Shown here: one piece after another, positions 44,790-55,000 of the stretch
Position numbering within the stretch: the stretch's first letter is position 1
Layout: every line of letters begins with the position of its first letter
DNA from: Acidobacteriota bacterium
Lineage (GTDB): Bacteria; Acidobacteriota; UBA890; WLXD01
Direction of reading: 5' to 3'
NCBI GenBank assembly: GCA_963666215.2
Contig: CAXWPL010000001.1
Span: forward strand, 224,001 to 288,000
DNA: 64,000 bases
Program-made: the position numbers and the translations under genes
The notes under the pieces: model-generated
Databases searched by the model: none
Seen by the model: the letters and a program-made list of their open reading frames with translations, nothing else
Told to the model about the DNA's origin: nothing

Positions 44790-47474
44790 ATGAAACGCTC
44801 GCTGCTCTGCCTGATCGACGCTAACAACTACATGCATCGCGCGTTCCACGCGCTACCACCACTCTCGACGTCGGGTGGTCTGCCAACCAACGCGGTTCTC
44901 GGCTTCGCCACCATGCTGCGCAAGCTGCTCGATGAGAGGCAGCCCGACTATTGTGCGGCGATCTTCGACGCTCCCGGCCCGAACGTGCGCCACCAGGAAT
45001 ACTCGCGCTACAAGAGCAGCCGACCGCCGACCGCGGAGGAGCTCAAGGTCCAGTTCCCCTACATCAAGAGGGTGTGTGAAGCCTTCCGCATCCCGATGCT
45101 CGAGGCGCCGGGCTTCGAAGCCGACGATCTCATCGCAACGTTGGCTCGCCTTGCAGAGGGGCGCGGCCTCGATTCACTCATCGTGTCGGGCGACAAGGAC
45201 CTTCTTCAGGTCGTCAGCCTGCACACAGTGCAGCTGAGTGAGGGACGGGCAGGCGAGCGCATCTACGACCCCGCGGCGGTCGAAGAGAAGTACGGAGTGC
45301 CGCCGCAGCTCATCCCGGACCTGTTCGGGCTCATGGGCGACAGCGTCGACGACATCCCGGGTGTGCCGGGCATCGGCCCCAAGCGGGCCCGAGAGCTGCT
45401 GCAGACCTACGGTTCCATGGAAGGCGCCATCGAGCATGCCGGCGAGCTGTCGCGGTACAAGTACGGTCGCGACCTCGCCGAGCACGCGGATCAGGCTGTG
45501 CTTTCGAAGCAGCTCGCGACCATCCGCGAGGTCGATGACGTACCACTGGACCTCGACGCCCTGCGGACGCGTGACCCCGACAGGGGTGCCTGCCGCGAGC
45601 TGTTCATGGAGCTCGAGTTTCGCCGCCTGCTCGACAGCTACGCCGAGGCGCCAACGCACTCCGATGTGGAATACCGGACCATCGCCAACCGCAGTGAGCT
45701 TCGCGACGTGGTCGCGCAGATTCGTGAGGCCGGTCGTTTCGCGCTCCACCTGCAACCCGATTCGCATGATCCGGCGTCGGCGCGCATCGTCGGCATTGGC
45801 CTGGCCTGGAAAGCCGGCGAGGCCTGCTACGTTCCCCTTGGACACTCAGGACTTACGGCGACCAACGCCACCGAGCCAGGCGTCGCGCTCAGCGAGCTCG
45901 AAGAGGTTTGTGCAGACGAACGCATCGAGCTCGTCGGTCACGATCTGAAATACGCCTCTCGTCTGCTCGCTTGCCACGAGCTCGGCCTCGCGCCGCGCGT
46001 CGACGTGATGCTCGCCTCCTACGTCCTGCACCCGACGCGCGCGAGCCACGCGCTGGACGCACTCGCCGCCGATTTCTTGCAGCTGCAGATGGTGGCGCTG
46101 AAGGACATCCTTCCGGACCGCCGCTCGGGCTTCAATGATGTGCCCGTGCCCGAGGCCACGCGCTACGTCGGCGAGAGGGTGGAAAGCGCCTTCCGGCTGG
46201 CCGCCCAGTTCGAAGTCGACCTTGCCACCCAAGCCCGTCTGTCGGCGCTGTTCTACGACCTCGAGATGCCGCTGCTTCAGGTGCTTCTGAGGATGGAGCT
46301 CCGCGGGGTTGGGCTCGACGTCCCCTACCTGCAACAGATGAGCCAGCGTTTCTCAGTCAACCTGGGAAAGCTCGAAGCCGCCATCTACGACGACGCCGAC
46401 GGCCCCTTCAACCTCAACTCACCGAAGCAGCTAGCCGAGGTCCTCTTCGACCGACTCGGTCTGCCCTCGGGCGGCAAAACCGCCAAGTCGGGAAGTCGGT
46501 CCACCCGCGCCGAAGTCTTGGAAACACTGGCGGCAGAACATGCGGTCGTGCGCAATATCCTCGAATACCGCGAGCTATCGAAGCTCAAGAGCACCTACCT
46601 CGAGGCCTTGCCGGCTCGTGTGTCGCCACGGACTGGGAGGGTTCACGCTTCCTTCGATCAAGCCGTCGCCGCCACAGGACGCCTGTCGAGCAGCAACCCG
46701 AACCTGCAGAACATTCCTACACGATCGGCGACCGGTCGACAGATCCGTCGGGCTTTCGTGCCGGCGGCGGGGCACATGCTAATGGCGGCCGATTACTCGC
46801 AGATCGAGCTGCGGATCATGGCGAGTCTGGCAAAAGACCCCACCCTCACCGCGGCCTTCGTCGAAGGAAGAGACATCCACAGGGCGACGGCCGCAGAGAT
46901 CTTCGGCGTCGAGCTGGAGGACGTGACCTACGAGCAGCGCGATCGAGCCAAGGTCATCAACTTCGGCGTCCTCTACGGCATGGGACCACAGCGGCTGGCA
47001 CGCGAGTTCGGCATCTCGGTCGCGGAGGCGCGCGCTTTCATCGAACGTTACCTCGGTGCCTTCGAGGGGGTCGGTAAGTTCATCGCGCGCACGATCGCCG
47101 AGGCCAAAGATCGCGGATACGTCACAACGCTGCTGGGCCGCGTCCGACATCTTCCAGAGCTTCAGAGCAGCCGCCCGATGCTGCGCTCGTTCGGCGAGCG
47201 CATCGCGGTCAATACTCCCGTTCAGGGCACCGCAGCCGACCTCATCAAGCTGGCGATGGTGAACATCGATCGACGCCTGATCTCCGAGAAGATGGATGCC
47301 GGGATGACCATCCAGGTGCACGACGAGCTGGTTCTCGAAGTGCCGCACCACGAGATCGACCAGGTGACCGAGATCGTCCGCACGGAGATGGAGGGCGCCA
47401 TTCAACTCGACGTGCCACTCGTGGTCGAGATCGGCATGGGGCCCAACTGGATGGAGGCGAAAGGCCAGCCGTAG
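44790..47474 (+). CDS. polA: DNA polymerase I
   Basis: 5' nuclease motifs EADD, SGDKD, GDSVDDIPGVPGIGPK; TGRLSSSNPNLQNIP, ADYSQIELR, KVINFGVLYGM, QVHDELV; likely start is the ATG at 44790. Confidence 0.97.
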   Translation: MKRSLLCLIDANNYMHRAFHALPPLSTSGGLPTNAVLGFATMLRKLLDERQPDYCAAIFDAPGPNVRHQEYSRYKSSRPPTAEELKVQFPYIKRVCEAFRIPMLEAPGFEADDLIATLARLAEGRGLDSLIVSGDKDLLQVVSLHTVQLSEGRAGERIYDPAAVEEKYGVPPQLIPDLFGLMGDSVDDIPGVPGIGPKRARELLQTYGSMEGAIEHAGELSRYKYGRDLAEHADQAVLSKQLATIREVDDVPLDLDALRTRDPDRGACRELFMELEFRRLLDSYAEAPTHSDVEYRTIANRSELRDVVAQIREAGRFALHLQPDSHDPASARIVGIGLAWKAGEACYVPLGHSGLTATNATEPGVALSELEEVCADERIELVGHDLKYASRLLACHELGLAPRVDVMLASYVLHPTRASHALDALAADFLQLQMVALKDILPDRRSGFNDVPVPEATRYVGERVESAFRLAAQFEVDLATQARLSALFYDLEMPLLQVLLRMELRGVGLDVPYLQQMSQRFSVNLGKLEAAIYDDADGPFNLNSPKQLAEVLFDRLGLPSGGKTAKSGSRSTRAEVLETLAAEHAVVRNILEYRELSKLKSTYLEALPARVSPRTGRVHASFDQAVAATGRLSSSNPNLQNIPTRSATGRQIRRAFVPAAGHMLMAADYSQIELRIMASLAKDPTLTAAFVEGRDIHRATAAEIFGVELEDVTYEQRDRAKVINFGVLYGMGPQRLAREFGISVAEARAFIERYLGAFEGVGKFIARTIAEAKDRGYVTTLLGRVRHLPELQSSRPMLRSFGERIAVNTPVQGTAADLIKLAMVNIDRRLISEKMDAGMTIQVHDELVLEVPHHEIDQVTEIVRTEMEGAIQLDVPLVVEIGMGPNWMEAKGQP

Positions 47475-47539
47475 ACTGCGCGCCTCGGCCGGCTACCGAC
47501 CGACTGGTGCGCGGCGCTTGTGGTAGTTAGTACATTGAC

Positions 47540-47899
47540 ATGCCCATATTCGAGTATCAGTGTCGCAAGTGCGGGCACCGTTTCGAGCGTCTGCAAAAGA
47601 GTTCCACGCAGCGCGTCCGCACCTGTCCAGAGTGCAAGGCGCGACGCGTCGAACGCATGACCAGCGCCCCCGCCATCCGTTTCAAGGGATCCGGCTTCTA
47701 CATCACCGACTACACCGACAAGGGCAAGGAGCCGAAGAAGGCGGAAGCCTCCGGTGGCGGCGAGAAGTCGAAGAAGGACAGCGGCACTTCGAAAGGGAGT
47801 GGCGACTCGAGTAGCTCTTCGAAGTCCGCTCCGGAGAACAAATCAGGCTCGGGCGCTTCCAGCGGCGCCGGCAAGTCGGGACCGTCCAAGTCGAAGTAG
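47540..47899 (+). CDS. FmdB-family zinc-ribbon protein with a Ser/Gly/Lys-rich tail
   Basis: MPIFEYQCRKCG..CPEC..FKGSGFYITDY. Confidence 0.9.
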   Translation: MPIFEYQCRKCGHRFERLQKSSTQRVRTCPECKARRVERMTSAPAIRFKGSGFYITDYTDKGKEPKKAEASGGGEKSKKDSGTSKGSGDSSSSSKSAPENKSGSGASSGAGKSGPSKSK

Positions 47900-47914
47900 G
47901 CGACACCGATTGCC

Positions 47915-48778
47915 TTAGCGAGCCAGGTACTCTTCCAGTTCGGGGCCGATGTCGGCGCGTCGACGCGCGTGCTCGATCGTGGCCTTGACGAAACCGAGCT
48001 TGCTACCGCAGTCGAAACGCAGCCCCTCGAACTCGACGACGTGGCACGGCAGGTCACCGAGCGCGGCTTTCATGGCATCGGTGATTTGAATCTCGCCGCC
48101 AACTCCGGGCGTGGTGAGCGCGAGTCGATCGAAGATCTCGACGGGAAGCACGTAGCGCCCCACCACAGCGAGATTCGAAGGCGCCTCTTCCGGCTTCGGC
48201 TTCTCCACCATGTCGTCTACCCGGTAGACGTTGCCGGCCACGCGTTCGCCGCTGATTACACCATATCGATCGACCTGGTCGCGTGGCACGCGTTCGACCG
48301 CGATAACGATGCCTCCGTACTGTTCCTGGACGCGCCGCAACTGCTCCATGACGGGATCGTCGGCAATGATGAAGTCGTCGGGGAACATGACTCCGAAGGC
48401 CTCTCCAGCAGATGCACCGACAGCGTCTCGCGCAAGCAGAATCGCATGGCCAACGCCCAGCGGCTCGGGCTGCTCGACCTCGCTCACGCTCGCCATCTCG
48501 TTGGTCGCCTCGACTAACGCCAACAGATCAGCCTTGCCACGGTCAGCGAGACGGCGCTCGAGCTCAGGATGCGGCCGAAAATGCCGCGAGACTGATTCCT
48601 TGCCCGGTGACGAGACCAACACGATTCGCTCCGCGCCGGCCGCTACCGCTTCTTCGACCGCAAACTGGATCAGTGGTCGATCTACGAGCGTCATCAACTC
48701 CTTCGGCTGTACCTTGGTGGCGGGCAGAAAACGGGTGCCGAGGCCGGCGACGGGCATCACGACAGTGCGAAAGCTCAT
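47915..48778 (-). CDS. galU: UTP--glucose-1-phosphate uridylyltransferase
   Basis: PVAGLGTRFLPATK..PKE, VEKP, GRYVL, GGEIQITDA, DCGSKLG. Confidence 0.95.
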   Translation of the reverse strand: MSFRTVVMPVAGLGTRFLPATKVQPKELMTLVDRPLIQFAVEEAVAAGAERIVLVSSPGKESVSRHFRPHPELERRLADRGKADLLALVEATNEMASVSEVEQPEPLGVGHAILLARDAVGASAGEAFGVMFPDDFIIADDPVMEQLRRVQEQYGGIVIAVERVPRDQVDRYGVISGERVAGNVYRVDDMVEKPKPEEAPSNLAVVGRYVLPVEIFDRLALTTPGVGGEIQITDAMKAALGDLPCHVVEFEGLRFDCGSKLGFVKATIEHARRRADIGPELEEYLAR

Positions 48779-48918
48779 GGCCCGGATCGTATCGCAGCGC
48801 CTCGAGCAGCAGCGGCCCCCGGGTGATCATGGATCCGGTGTCGCGCAGGTATTCTTCCAACGTCAGTCTTGATCCATCTGGCCAAGCCAACATCCGCCCC
48901 ACCTACAGGCGACTCAGC

Positions 48919-50217
48919 ATGCTCGACTTCAAAACCATACGAGAACGCACCGACGAGGTCCGGTCGATGCTGGTCAACAGGAACTCGGACGTCGACCTCG
49001 ACGGCTTCCTGTCGGCCGACGCGCGCCGTCGCGAACAACTTGCCGAGCTCGAAGGGCTGCAGGCGGAGCGCAATACCAAGAGCAAACGCATCGGCAGTGC
49101 GCAACGCAGCGGCGAGGAGGTATCGGAGCTGATCGCCTCGATGGGCGCGCTCTCGAAAAGAATCAAAGAGCTCAAGGCGCAGCAAAGGGAGGTCGACGAA
49201 GAAATCGCGGCCCTGCTGCTGGCCTTCCCGAACCTGCCGCACGACAGCGCGCCGATCGGCGACGACGAGAGCTGCAACCGCGAGGAACGCCGCTGGGGTG
49301 AGCCTGCGAAGCTCGATTTCGAGCCCCGCGATCACGTCGAGATCGCCGAGAACCTCGGCATTCTCGACTTGCCGCGCGCCGCCAAGATTTCCGGCGCCCG
49401 TTTCTCGGCGCAGTTCGGCATCGGCGCCCGCATCGAGCGAGCGCTGGCGGCCTACATGATCGACGTCCACACCGCCAACGGTTATCTAGAAGTCTCGACG
49501 CCGCTCCTTGTGTCGCCCGGGGCGATGCAGGGCACCGGGCAGTTACCGAAGTTCGCAGACGACTCCTTCTACATCGAAAAGGACGACCTGTATCTCATCC
49601 CGACTTCGGAGGTGCCTCTAGTCAATCTGCACTCCGGCGAAACCCTCGAAGACCGCGACCTGCCAGTGCGCTACTGCGCCTTCACCCCTTGCTTCCGTCG
49701 CGAGGCGGGCTCCTATGGTCGCGACACACGTGGCCTGATTCGCATGCACCAGTTCAACAAGGTCGAGCTCGTCTGGCTCACCCGGGCCGAGAGCTCGCAG
49801 GAAGATCTCGAAGCGTTAGCGGGCGACGCCGAGCGCATACTCCAGGGCCTGGAATTACCCTACCGGGTCGTGACTCTCGCCACCGGAGACATGGGCTTTT
49901 CTGCCACCAAGACCTATGACCTCGAGGTCTGGCTGCCGTCGCAGGGACGGTATCGAGAGATTTCCTCGTGCAGCAACTGCGGCGACTTTCAGGCGCGTCG
50001 AGCGAGTATCCGCTACCGCCCCGAGGGCCACAGCAAAACGAGGCTGGCCCACACTCTCAATGGGTCGGGCGTCGCCGTGGGCCGCGCCCTTGTGGCGCTG
50101 CTCGAGGTCCACCAACGCGAGGATGGCACCGTCAACGTTCCGCCTGCTCTGCGGCCCTATCTCAACGGCCTCGAGCGCATCGAACCCCTGGATCGCCCCG
50201 GCTTCGGGGCACGCTGA
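48919..50217 (+). CDS. serS: Serine--tRNA ligase
   Basis: MLD start at 48919, GTGQLPKF, LIPTSEV, FRREAGSYGRDTRGLIRMHQFNKVE, EISSCSN, HTLNGSG. Confidence 0.98.
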   Translation: MLDFKTIRERTDEVRSMLVNRNSDVDLDGFLSADARRREQLAELEGLQAERNTKSKRIGSAQRSGEEVSELIASMGALSKRIKELKAQQREVDEEIAALLLAFPNLPHDSAPIGDDESCNREERRWGEPAKLDFEPRDHVEIAENLGILDLPRAAKISGARFSAQFGIGARIERALAAYMIDVHTANGYLEVSTPLLVSPGAMQGTGQLPKFADDSFYIEKDDLYLIPTSEVPLVNLHSGETLEDRDLPVRYCAFTPCFRREAGSYGRDTRGLIRMHQFNKVELVWLTRAESSQEDLEALAGDAERILQGLELPYRVVTLATGDMGFSATKTYDLEVWLPSQGRYREISSCSNCGDFQARRASIRYRPEGHSKTRLAHTLNGSGVAVGRALVALLEVHQREDGTVNVPPALRPYLNGLERIEPLDRPGFGAR

Positions 50218-50293
50218 GGGCAGACGCGAGGCCAAATGGGCGCCGAATGCGATGCTTCCGCCACGTGCCGCTTTGGTAAGGTATAGCGCGGTC

Positions 50294-50382
50294 GGAGGGA
50301 TGGCTGAGTCAGGTTGAAGGCGGCGGTCTTGAAAACCGTTGACCGCTCACGCGGTCCGAAGGTTCGAATCCTTCTCCCTCCG
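50294..50382 (+). tRNA. tRNA-Ser(TGA)
   Basis: GGAGGGA/TCCCTCC acceptor stem, anticodon loop CT-TGA-AA, long variable arm, GGTTCGAATCC, G discriminator. Confidence 0.95.
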
Positions 50383-50444
50383 CCTTAAGCGTGCCGCATC
50401 GCCAGACCATGCGGCGATCCAATGCGACAGTCCGACTGTCAGCA

Positions 50445-50533
50445 GGAGGGGTGCTAGAGTGGACGAATAGGGCGGCCTGCTAAGCCGTTGCACGGGTCAC
50501 ACTGTGCCGTGGGTTCGAATCCCACCCCCTCCG
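50445..50533 (+). tRNA. tRNA-Ser(GCT)
   Basis: GGAGGGG/CCCCTCC acceptor stem, anticodon loop CT-GCT-AA, long variable arm, GGTTCGAATCC. Confidence 0.95.
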
Positions 50534-50745
50534 CTCTTCCTCAATAGACCACGTACTGGCGTCCGTCGGCGGCGTCCACAGATCACATGCAGAAGCGCTC
50601 CCCTGGTTTGCAGTCCGCGACCGGTGCTCCCGTCACGGAGCGCCGACAACGGTCCGTGCGTCAACACAGCGACGACACCGAGCGACTCCATAGGGAACGC
50701 TCGATCGATTCCGCTGCTCCGCCGCTATCAGCAGACCCGTCAGGC

Positions 50746-51033
50746 ATGCTCGACCCGATCGACGAGCGAACACGCTCGGCCGGAGTCGCCGCGGAAGTCT
50801 GTCCGTCGTGCGACTCCCCCGGCTCCTGGACTCTGAGTCGGCGTCATCGGTTCAACCCCTTCGGTGGAGTCACCGCGCTCGTGCTCACGTTTTGGGTGGC
50901 CTTGCTCGGGTGGGCGCTGGATTTCGGTTTTCTGCCGGCGGCTGGCCTCGCTCTCTTCGGCGCGCTCCTGCTGATCGCTCGTCGCACGGCTCTGGTGTGC
51001 CAGGTGTGCGGCTTCGTGAAGCCGCGCGGTTAG
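50746..51033 (+). CDS. Small membrane-associated protein with a split zinc ribbon (CxxC-hydrophobic-CxxC, LITAF-like layout)
   Basis: CPSC and CQVC flank a strongly hydrophobic stretch; start uncertain. Confidence 0.6.
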   Translation: MLDPIDERTRSAGVAAEVCPSCDSPGSWTLSRRHRFNPFGGVTALVLTFWVALLGWALDFGFLPAAGLALFGALLLIARRTALVCQVCGFVKPRG

Positions 51034-51253
51034 GGCACACCACCCGCAACCGGGCCCACCAACGCGTCCTCGGAGCGCGGCTGGCGGGTGTGCGGCCGAT
51101 TCGCTACCATGGGCAGTCGCCGCGCTGGCGCTCCGGATCGCCGAAACCCGATCTCAGGACGCCGCTCTCGCGCCTCGCACAGCCCGCCGCCGCCAGTGCC
51201 TACAGCCCGAGCGCTCGGCTCGAAAGCCTTCAAAGTTTCTGAGAGAGGTTCGA

Positions 51254-52747
51254 ATGTCCGACAATAACGAAGTCCGGGTGCGTTTCGCGCCCAGTCCGAC
51301 CGGAGACCTGCACGTCGGTGGTGCGCGGACGGCGCTGTTCAACTGGCTCTATGCCCGCAAGCACGGCGGCACCTTCGTCCTTCGCATCGAAGACACCGAC
51401 GAGCAGCGCTCGAACGAGGAATCGCTCGAGGGCATCCTCGAGGCGCTGACCTGGCTGGGCCTGGAGTGGGACGAAGGTCCGATCCAGCAAGCCGACCGGC
51501 TCGAGCTGTACAGCGACTACGTCTCGCTGCTGATGAGCTCCGGCCACGCCTACTACTGCTTCGCCAGCAACGACTCCATCGAGGAAGCACGCAACGCGGC
51601 ACAGGAAAGCGGCGAGAACTGGATCTACCGCGGCGCCGATCGCGATCTATCAGCGGACGAGGTGCGCGAGAAACTCGAGGAAGAGCTGCCGCACACGGTG
51701 CGGTTCAAAGTCCCCTCCGAAGAGTCGATCGTGGTCAACGACATCGTTCACGGTGACGTCACGTTCGAGACCGAGAACATCGAGGACTTCGTTCTGCTGC
51801 GCTCCGACGAGCGCCCGACGTATCACCTTTCGAACGTCGTCGACGATATCCAGATGGGAATCACCCACGTGATCCGCGGCGCCGACCATGTGTCCAACAC
51901 GCCGAAGCAGATCCTCGTCTACAAAGCGCTCGAAGCCAACGTCCCGCTGTTCGCCCACCTGCCGCTGATTCTCGGACCCGATCAGAAACGACTCTCGAAG
52001 CGTCATGGCGCGACGTCGATCAACATCTTTCGCAACAAGGGATATCTTCCCGGTGCCGTGGTCAACTATCTGGCGCTGCTCGGTTGGTCGCCCGGCGACG
52101 ACCGCGAGGTGTTCACCGTCCCGGACCTGATTCGCGAATTCACCCTCGAACGGGTGAACTCGTCGAACGCCGTTTTCGACGTCGCCAAGCTCGGATGGAT
52201 GAATGGCCAGTACATCTCGCAGGTGCCCGCCGGCGAGCTGCGCCTGTCGATCCGCGAGGCGTTACAAATTCGCGGCTGCTGGCAGGAAGAGCTCGACATG
52301 GAGCGCCGCGACTTCTTCTTCGCGCTCATCGAGCTGTGGCAATCGCGATCGCGCACGATCAACGATCTGGCCGACAACGTCACGCCGTTCCTGAGTGAGG
52401 CCTTTGCCTACCAGCCGGACGCGCTGAAGGAGCACATCCACAGCAAGGACCTCCTGGGCGGCGTTCAGGCCCTGCGCGAGGCGCTCATGCAGGTCGACCC
52501 GTGGGCCGCCGATGAGATCGAGGGCACCCTGCGAGAGGTTGCGGCGGGACTCGACATGGAAGCCGCCTCGCTGATCCATGCGCTGCGGCTTGCGCTCACA
52601 GGCAAGAAGGTCTCGCCTGGTCTCTTCGAGGTTGTCGAGATGATGGATCGCGAGAAGACTCGCAGTCGCATCGACCGCCTGCTGCGCTATCTCAAGAAGC
52701 TCGCCGACGCTCGCGACAAGCGCGAGACTCAGATGGCCAGGGCGTAG
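51254..52747 (+). CDS. gltX: Glutamate--tRNA ligase
   Basis: RFAPSPTGDLHVGG, LRIEDTD, ITHVIRG.DH, RLSKRHG. Confidence 0.97.
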   Translation: MSDNNEVRVRFAPSPTGDLHVGGARTALFNWLYARKHGGTFVLRIEDTDEQRSNEESLEGILEALTWLGLEWDEGPIQQADRLELYSDYVSLLMSSGHAYYCFASNDSIEEARNAAQESGENWIYRGADRDLSADEVREKLEEELPHTVRFKVPSEESIVVNDIVHGDVTFETENIEDFVLLRSDERPTYHLSNVVDDIQMGITHVIRGADHVSNTPKQILVYKALEANVPLFAHLPLILGPDQKRLSKRHGATSINIFRNKGYLPGAVVNYLALLGWSPGDDREVFTVPDLIREFTLERVNSSNAVFDVAKLGWMNGQYISQVPAGELRLSIREALQIRGCWQEELDMERRDFFFALIELWQSRSRTINDLADNVTPFLSEAFAYQPDALKEHIHSKDLLGGVQALREALMQVDPWAADEIEGTLREVAAGLDMEAASLIHALRLALTGKKVSPGLFEVVEMMDREKTRSRIDRLLRYLKKLADARDKRETQMARA

Positions 52748-52760
52748 ACAAAGCCCGCCA

Positions 52761-53861
52761 TCAAAGCGAGCCGGCGTTTCTGTACCAAGCGGCGGTCAAC
52801 TCGAACCCTCGGCGAGCTTCGATCTCAGCAGTCATGCCGATCTCGGCTGCGAGCTTGTCGACGCTGCAGACAAAGCCTGGCGCGGTGAGCTCTCGGTAGC
52901 GCGAGCGGTTCACCAAGCCGGGAGTGCCGAGCAAACGCCCTTGAAGCTCGCCGAGCTGAGCGAGCGTCCAGAGCACTGCGCGAGGAACAGGAATCTGCCG
53001 GATCGTTCGCGGTGAGCGGACCTGGCCATCGGGTCCGCGCGACCGGTCGAGAGCGCCGCTGATGAGCTCTGCGAGCTGGCCCTGGGTTACGGGATCAGGG
53101 TGACCCAGGAAGAATTTCTGGTGCAGCGCGGGACCGTTGGCGAGAACCGATTCAGCGATTGCTACGAGCGCCGCGGTGACGTCGTCGACGTGGCCGAAGG
53201 TATACGCCGTATTCGGGTCGCCGAGAAGCGGCACCAGCCCGCGCTTGCCGGCCTGGAATAGAGCGAGAAAGTCCTTGTCGTGTGGGCCGTACACGGCGGG
53301 CGGACGAGCGACAGTCCAGCGCAGGCCGTCGACTCGCTCCACGGCGCGTTCGCCGGCGAGCTTGCTGCGACCGTAGAGACTCACCGGGGCTGGCGCATCG
53401 GTTTCGCGCCGTGGTCGTGCCGGGATCCCTGGGCCGGCCGCGGCGAGGCTGGATACCAGCACGAAGGCGGCCTCGGCATCTCGCGCGGCAACCGCTGCCT
53501 GGCGCGCACCTTCTTCGTTGACCGCGCAGAACTGCTCGTAGCTCACCGCGCGCGTCAGCCCGGCCAGATGAAATACCACCGTCGCCATCTCGCACGCCGG
53601 TGCCATGGCGCCGGCGGCGAGCTCGGCGTCGAACCTTGCCACTCCGGCGGGCAGCGGGTTGCGGCTCGATCGTCGGACGGCCGCGCGCACCGCCCAGCCC
53701 TGCGTAATCAGCCTCTCGCACAGATTCCAGCCGATGAAACCGGTTGCGCCCGTCACGAGAGCGACTCGCTCCGCGTTGCCGCGCGGGCGTTCCTGCCCGA
53801 AAGGTCGGTGGGTCGCCCGCCCCACGTCGCCCCCAGTACAGCCGTCGGGACCCGACGTCAT
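52761..53861 (-). CDS. cerR: NAD-dependent epimerase/dehydratase-family SDR, probable ceramide reductase
   Basis: VTGATGFIG, VSSLAA, YGRSK, RPPAVYGP; the CerR assignment rests on coupling to the bcerS-like and spt-like genes. Confidence 0.7.
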   Translation of the reverse strand: MTSGPDGCTGGDVGRATHRPFGQERPRGNAERVALVTGATGFIGWNLCERLITQGWAVRAAVRRSSRNPLPAGVARFDAELAAGAMAPACEMATVVFHLAGLTRAVSYEQFCAVNEEGARQAAVAARDAEAAFVLVSSLAAAGPGIPARPRRETDAPAPVSLYGRSKLAGERAVERVDGLRWTVARPPAVYGPHDKDFLALFQAGKRGLVPLLGDPNTAYTFGHVDDVTAALVAIAESVLANGPALHQKFFLGHPDPVTQGQLAELISGALDRSRGPDGQVRSPRTIRQIPVPRAVLWTLAQLGELQGRLLGTPGLVNRSRYRELTAPGFVCSVDKLAAEIGMTAEIEARRGFELTAAWYRNAGSL

Positions 53862-55000
53862 CGCAGCCGTTTCTCGTAGAGCCGGTAGGTCTTGGTGTGC
53901 TCACCACCGACGATACGGATCGCCTTCGAGATCCCTTCGTTCTCTTCCAACGTCCACGAACACTCACCCAGCGTGTACCCCAGGGCCCTGGCACGGCGCC
54001 ACGACTCTGTGATCAACAGCAGCTCGAGCCCCTTCTTGCGGAATTCCGGCAGCACACCGAGAAGCAGCATGCGAACACGATCCATGTAGCGCCTGCGGCG
54101 CAGGAGCCGGAAGATCCCGAACGGCAGCAGGCGGCCGTTCATCGGCTTGAATACCTGATTCAAATCACCGAGCGACAACGAGAACGCCGCCGGGCGCCCA
54201 TCGATGTCCATCATGAGTGCGAGCTCCGGATCGAGAACCTGTTTGAGATCCTTGGCCGCGTGCGCAAACTCCGCTTCGGTGGGGGCCACGAACCCCCAGT
54301 TGTCAGACCAGGCCGCCGAGTAGATCGTGCGGACGGCCTCCACCTCGACACTGAACCGCCGCATATCCAGCGATCGCAGCTGCGGCGGCGGCGTGACGTT
54401 ACGCAAGATACGGCGCTCAATGCGCAGCACCCGCTCGCTGAACTCGGCGGTGAGGTCGACGTTCCAGCTGAGAAGGTCCTTCAGCTTGCTGTAGCCCGCG
54501 GCTTCGAACCACTCCGGGTATTCTGGGCGGTTGTAGGGTGTCATCACGAACGGGTCGGTGCCGAAGTTGTCGAGCTGCAATCCGGCCGTGTCGTTGAGCG
54601 AGGGATTCGCCGGTCCGCGAATCCGATCTCGACCGCGGTCGACAACCCACTTCTCGGCGGCGCGCAGCAGAGCGAGCGCGACGTGCTGATCGGCGGCCTC
54701 GAAAAAGCCGAGCCACCCCGTCTCACCATGTATCTCGTTGTGCCGCGAGTCATCGATCGCGGCGATGCGGCCCACCGGCTCGCGCGAGCCCGACTCGGAA
54801 TACGCCAGGAACAGTTGCGCCTCGCCGTGCTCGAAGAAGGGGTTCTTGGCCGGGTCGATGCGGTCGACCTCAGCAATGAGCAGCGGTGGCACCCAGTTCG
54901 GATGTCCACGATAAATCGAAAACGGAACTCGCACGAAGGCGCGTCGTGCGGAGCGGCCCGCCACCGCCTCGACGCGAACGCCCGCTACCGCGTCAGTCAA
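53858..55000 (-). CDS. bcerS: GNAT-type acyltransferase, probable bacterial ceramide synthase
   Basis: WVPPL, NPFF, GRIAA, GFFE, GP.NPS.N, MTPYN.P.Y, AW.DNWGF, LGVLPEFR, SWTLEEN, YRLY motif series; directly after spt. Confidence 0.8.
   Translation of the reverse strand: MTDAVAGVRVEAVAGRSARRAFVRVPFSIYRGHPNWVPPLLIAEVDRIDPAKNPFFEHGEAQLFLAYSESGSREPVGRIAAIDDSRHNEIHGETGWLGFFEAADQHVALALLRAAEKWVVDRGRDRIRGPANPSLNDTAGLQLDNFGTDPFVMTPYNRPEYPEWFEAAGYSKLKDLLSWNVDLTAEFSERVLRIERRILRNVTPPPQLRSLDMRRFSVEVEAVRTIYSAAWSDNWGFVAPTEAEFAHAAKDLKQVLDPELALMMDIDGRPAAFSLSLGDLNQVFKPMNGRLLPFGIFRLLRRRRYMDRVRMLLLGVLPEFRKKGLELLLITESWRRARALGYTLGECSWTLEENEGISKAIRIVGGEHTKTYRLYEKRLR

Noticed and set aside
50294-50382. Long-arm tRNA as a possible tRNA-Sec for the selenoprotein
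   Set aside because: The anticodon is TGA (reads UCA, Ser), not TCA, and the acceptor stem is a normal 7 bp.
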